Assembly (NCBI GenBank): GCA_049968235.1 | Contig: JBMFRC010000064.1 | Span: 1-512 of the forward strand | Direction: 5' to 3' | Length of the DNA stretch: 512 nucleotides | Source: Candidatus Hydrogenedens sp. | GTDB taxonomy: Bacteria; Hydrogenedentota; Hydrogenedentia; Hydrogenedentales; Hydrogenedentaceae | Shown: one piece after another, positions 1 through 512 of the stretch | Layout: each line of letters starts with the position of its first letter | How positions within the stretch are numbered: the stretch's first letter is position 1 | The notes under the pieces: model-generated | Told to the model about the DNA's origin: nothing | Seen by the model: only the letters and a program-made list of their open reading frames with translations | The model's database searches: none | Translations under genes and position numbers: made by a program

Positions 1-512
1 TACGTAACTAAATGGATAACCAAATGGATATAAATTCTGTGATTGGTCAAACCAAATTTTATATCCTTTAAATCTAAGCCCTTTTATTTCTGATAAAGTT
101 AGAACTACGTCTGCGTGCAAAAGATTAATATTTTCTTTGTTTGGTTGTAGGTCTTTTGTGAATACAACAAGATATTTACCTTTTTTAAGGTAAGGGATAG
201 TTCTTTCAATAATCTCCTTAAGTGCTTGCAAAAAAGTTTTATGGTCTACAACATTACCTATATCTCTTGGATCGTCAGTGAAAGGAGTGCTAAAGCTTTT
301 ACCTAACTTTTTTGCTTTATCTCCTGTCTTTGGTCTTGCTTGCATATTACAGTAAGGGGGGTCTGTAAGAATTAAATCAAAAAATTCCCCCAAATCTTCA
401 AAGATTAATGGTATATTTCTAGCATCTTCAACAATTGCTATTTGTTCTTTAAATCCCAGCTTCTTTGAAACTTCCTTATATACCTCTACATATTTGTTTG
501 AAATATCTATAC
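1..512 (-). CDS. Internal fragment (both ends outside the window) of a DPPY-motif amino-methyltransferase, most likely an N6-adenine (possibly N4-cytosine) DNA methyltransferase of the N6_N4-MTase-like superfamily. The permutation class is undetermined. Minus-strand codons occupy + 510..1, with a partial codon at 511-512.
   Basis: Seen directly: the reverse-complement frame starting at + 510 has 170 consecutive sense codons with no stop in a 31% GC sequence, where stops in random frames would be frequent. All three + frames have stops within the first 42 nt. Catalytic motif IV 'LILTDPPY' lies at + 352-375 (DPPY at + 352-363). The post-motif segment 'FLQALKEIIERTIPYLKKGKYLVVFTKD' (+ 154-234) matches the 'yl.w....l.e..RvLKpgGsifV' region. 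'LSEIKGLRFKGYKIWFDQS' (+ 43-99) matches the 'l.e.GF.l.n.IIW.K' motif VIII. The N-terminal side 'IDIS...(25 aa)...IAIVEDARNIP...FDLILTDPPY' resembles motif II/III spacing of Rossmann SAM-MTases. Established knowledge: (D/N/S)PPY is the motif IV signature of N6A/N4C DNA MTases, with D/N typical of N6-adenine enzymes. Limit: the motif I (FxGxG) SAM-binding loop and the target recognition domain are not in the window. The exact family, the specificity, and a non-DNA (rRNA/protein) DPPY-MTase cannot be settled. Confidence 0.85.

Noticed and set aside
10-30. Direct repeat 'aaatggata' x2 as a protein-binding site, iteron or CRISPR-like repeat
   Set aside because: There are only two copies. They are in frame within a continuous ORF and are fully explained by the YPFG/YPFS peptide repeat. 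No spacer-repeat architecture is present.
120-200. Promoter-like -35/-10 hexamers in AT-rich stretches
   Set aside because: At 31% GC, TATAAT-like and TTGACA-like near-matches occur by chance throughout. The region is internal to a CDS, and no spaced -35/-10 pair with a downstream RBS and start codon can be supported.
356-361. G6/C6 run as a proven phase-variation tract
   Set aside because: Six nucleotides is shorter than the tracts that typically slip at an appreciable rate. Pro-Pro in DPPY forces at least CC-NCC, so part of the run is a coding constraint. It is kept only as a low-interest finding, not called as a feature.
356-391. G-run / C-run inverted repeat as a rho-independent terminator
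   Set aside because: It lies in the middle of an uninterrupted ORF. The stem is only about 5 bp with a 25-nt loop. No U-tract follows it on either strand.
376-396. Programmed -1 ribosomal frameshift site at GAA-TTT-TTT-GAT on the mRNA
   Set aside because: In the zero frame the heptamer is A-UUU-UUU. The base before the first slippery codon is A, not U, so it does not satisfy the X-XXY-YYZ rule. No convincing downstream pseudoknot or stem was found.
1-512. Possible genes on the + strand
   Set aside because: All three + strand frames hit stop codons almost immediately (frame 1 taa at 31-33 and tga at 40-42, frame 2 taa at 5-7, frame 3 taa at 9-11) and repeatedly thereafter. The minus-strand frame, with its MTase motifs, explains the whole window.

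Overview
The whole 512-nt window (about 31% G+C by hand count) lies inside one gene on the minus strand. Reading the reverse complement from RC position 3 (+ strand 510 down to 1) gives 170 sense codons with no stop. All three + strand frames hit stops within about 40 nt. The translation is IDISNKYVEVYKEVSKKLGFKEQIAIVEDARNIPLIFEDLGEFFDLILTDPPYCNMQARPKTGDKAKKLGKSFSTPFTDDPRDIGNVVDHKTFLQALKEIIERTIPYLKKGKYLVVFTKDLQPNKENINLLHADVVLTLSEIKGLRFKGYKIWFDQSQNLYPFGYPFSYV. It contains the (D/N/S)PPY catalytic tetrapeptide of amino-methyltransferases in the context hhhh-T-DPPY. A 'FLQALKEIIERTIPYLKKGKYLVVF' segment follows (matching the 'LKpgGsifV' structural core). A 'GLRFKGYKIWFDQS' segment matches the 'GF..n.IIW.K' motif VIII of N6-adenine/N4-cytosine DNA methyltransferases. 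The product is therefore most likely an internal fragment of a DNA amino-methyltransferase (DPPY favours N6-adenine). Both ends of the gene lie outside the window: there is no start codon in the 49 residues N-terminal to DPPY and no stop at the other end. Codon usage is typical of a low-GC host (Arg is AGA 5 of 5, Leu is TTA/CTT, Pro is CCA/CCT). No RNA genes, CRISPR repeats, mobile-element ends, promoters or terminators can be supported from this sequence. Whether the enzyme belongs to a restriction-modification system, another defence system or a novel system cannot be judged from 512 nt inside a single gene. The findings below are mostly tests to run on the flanks.
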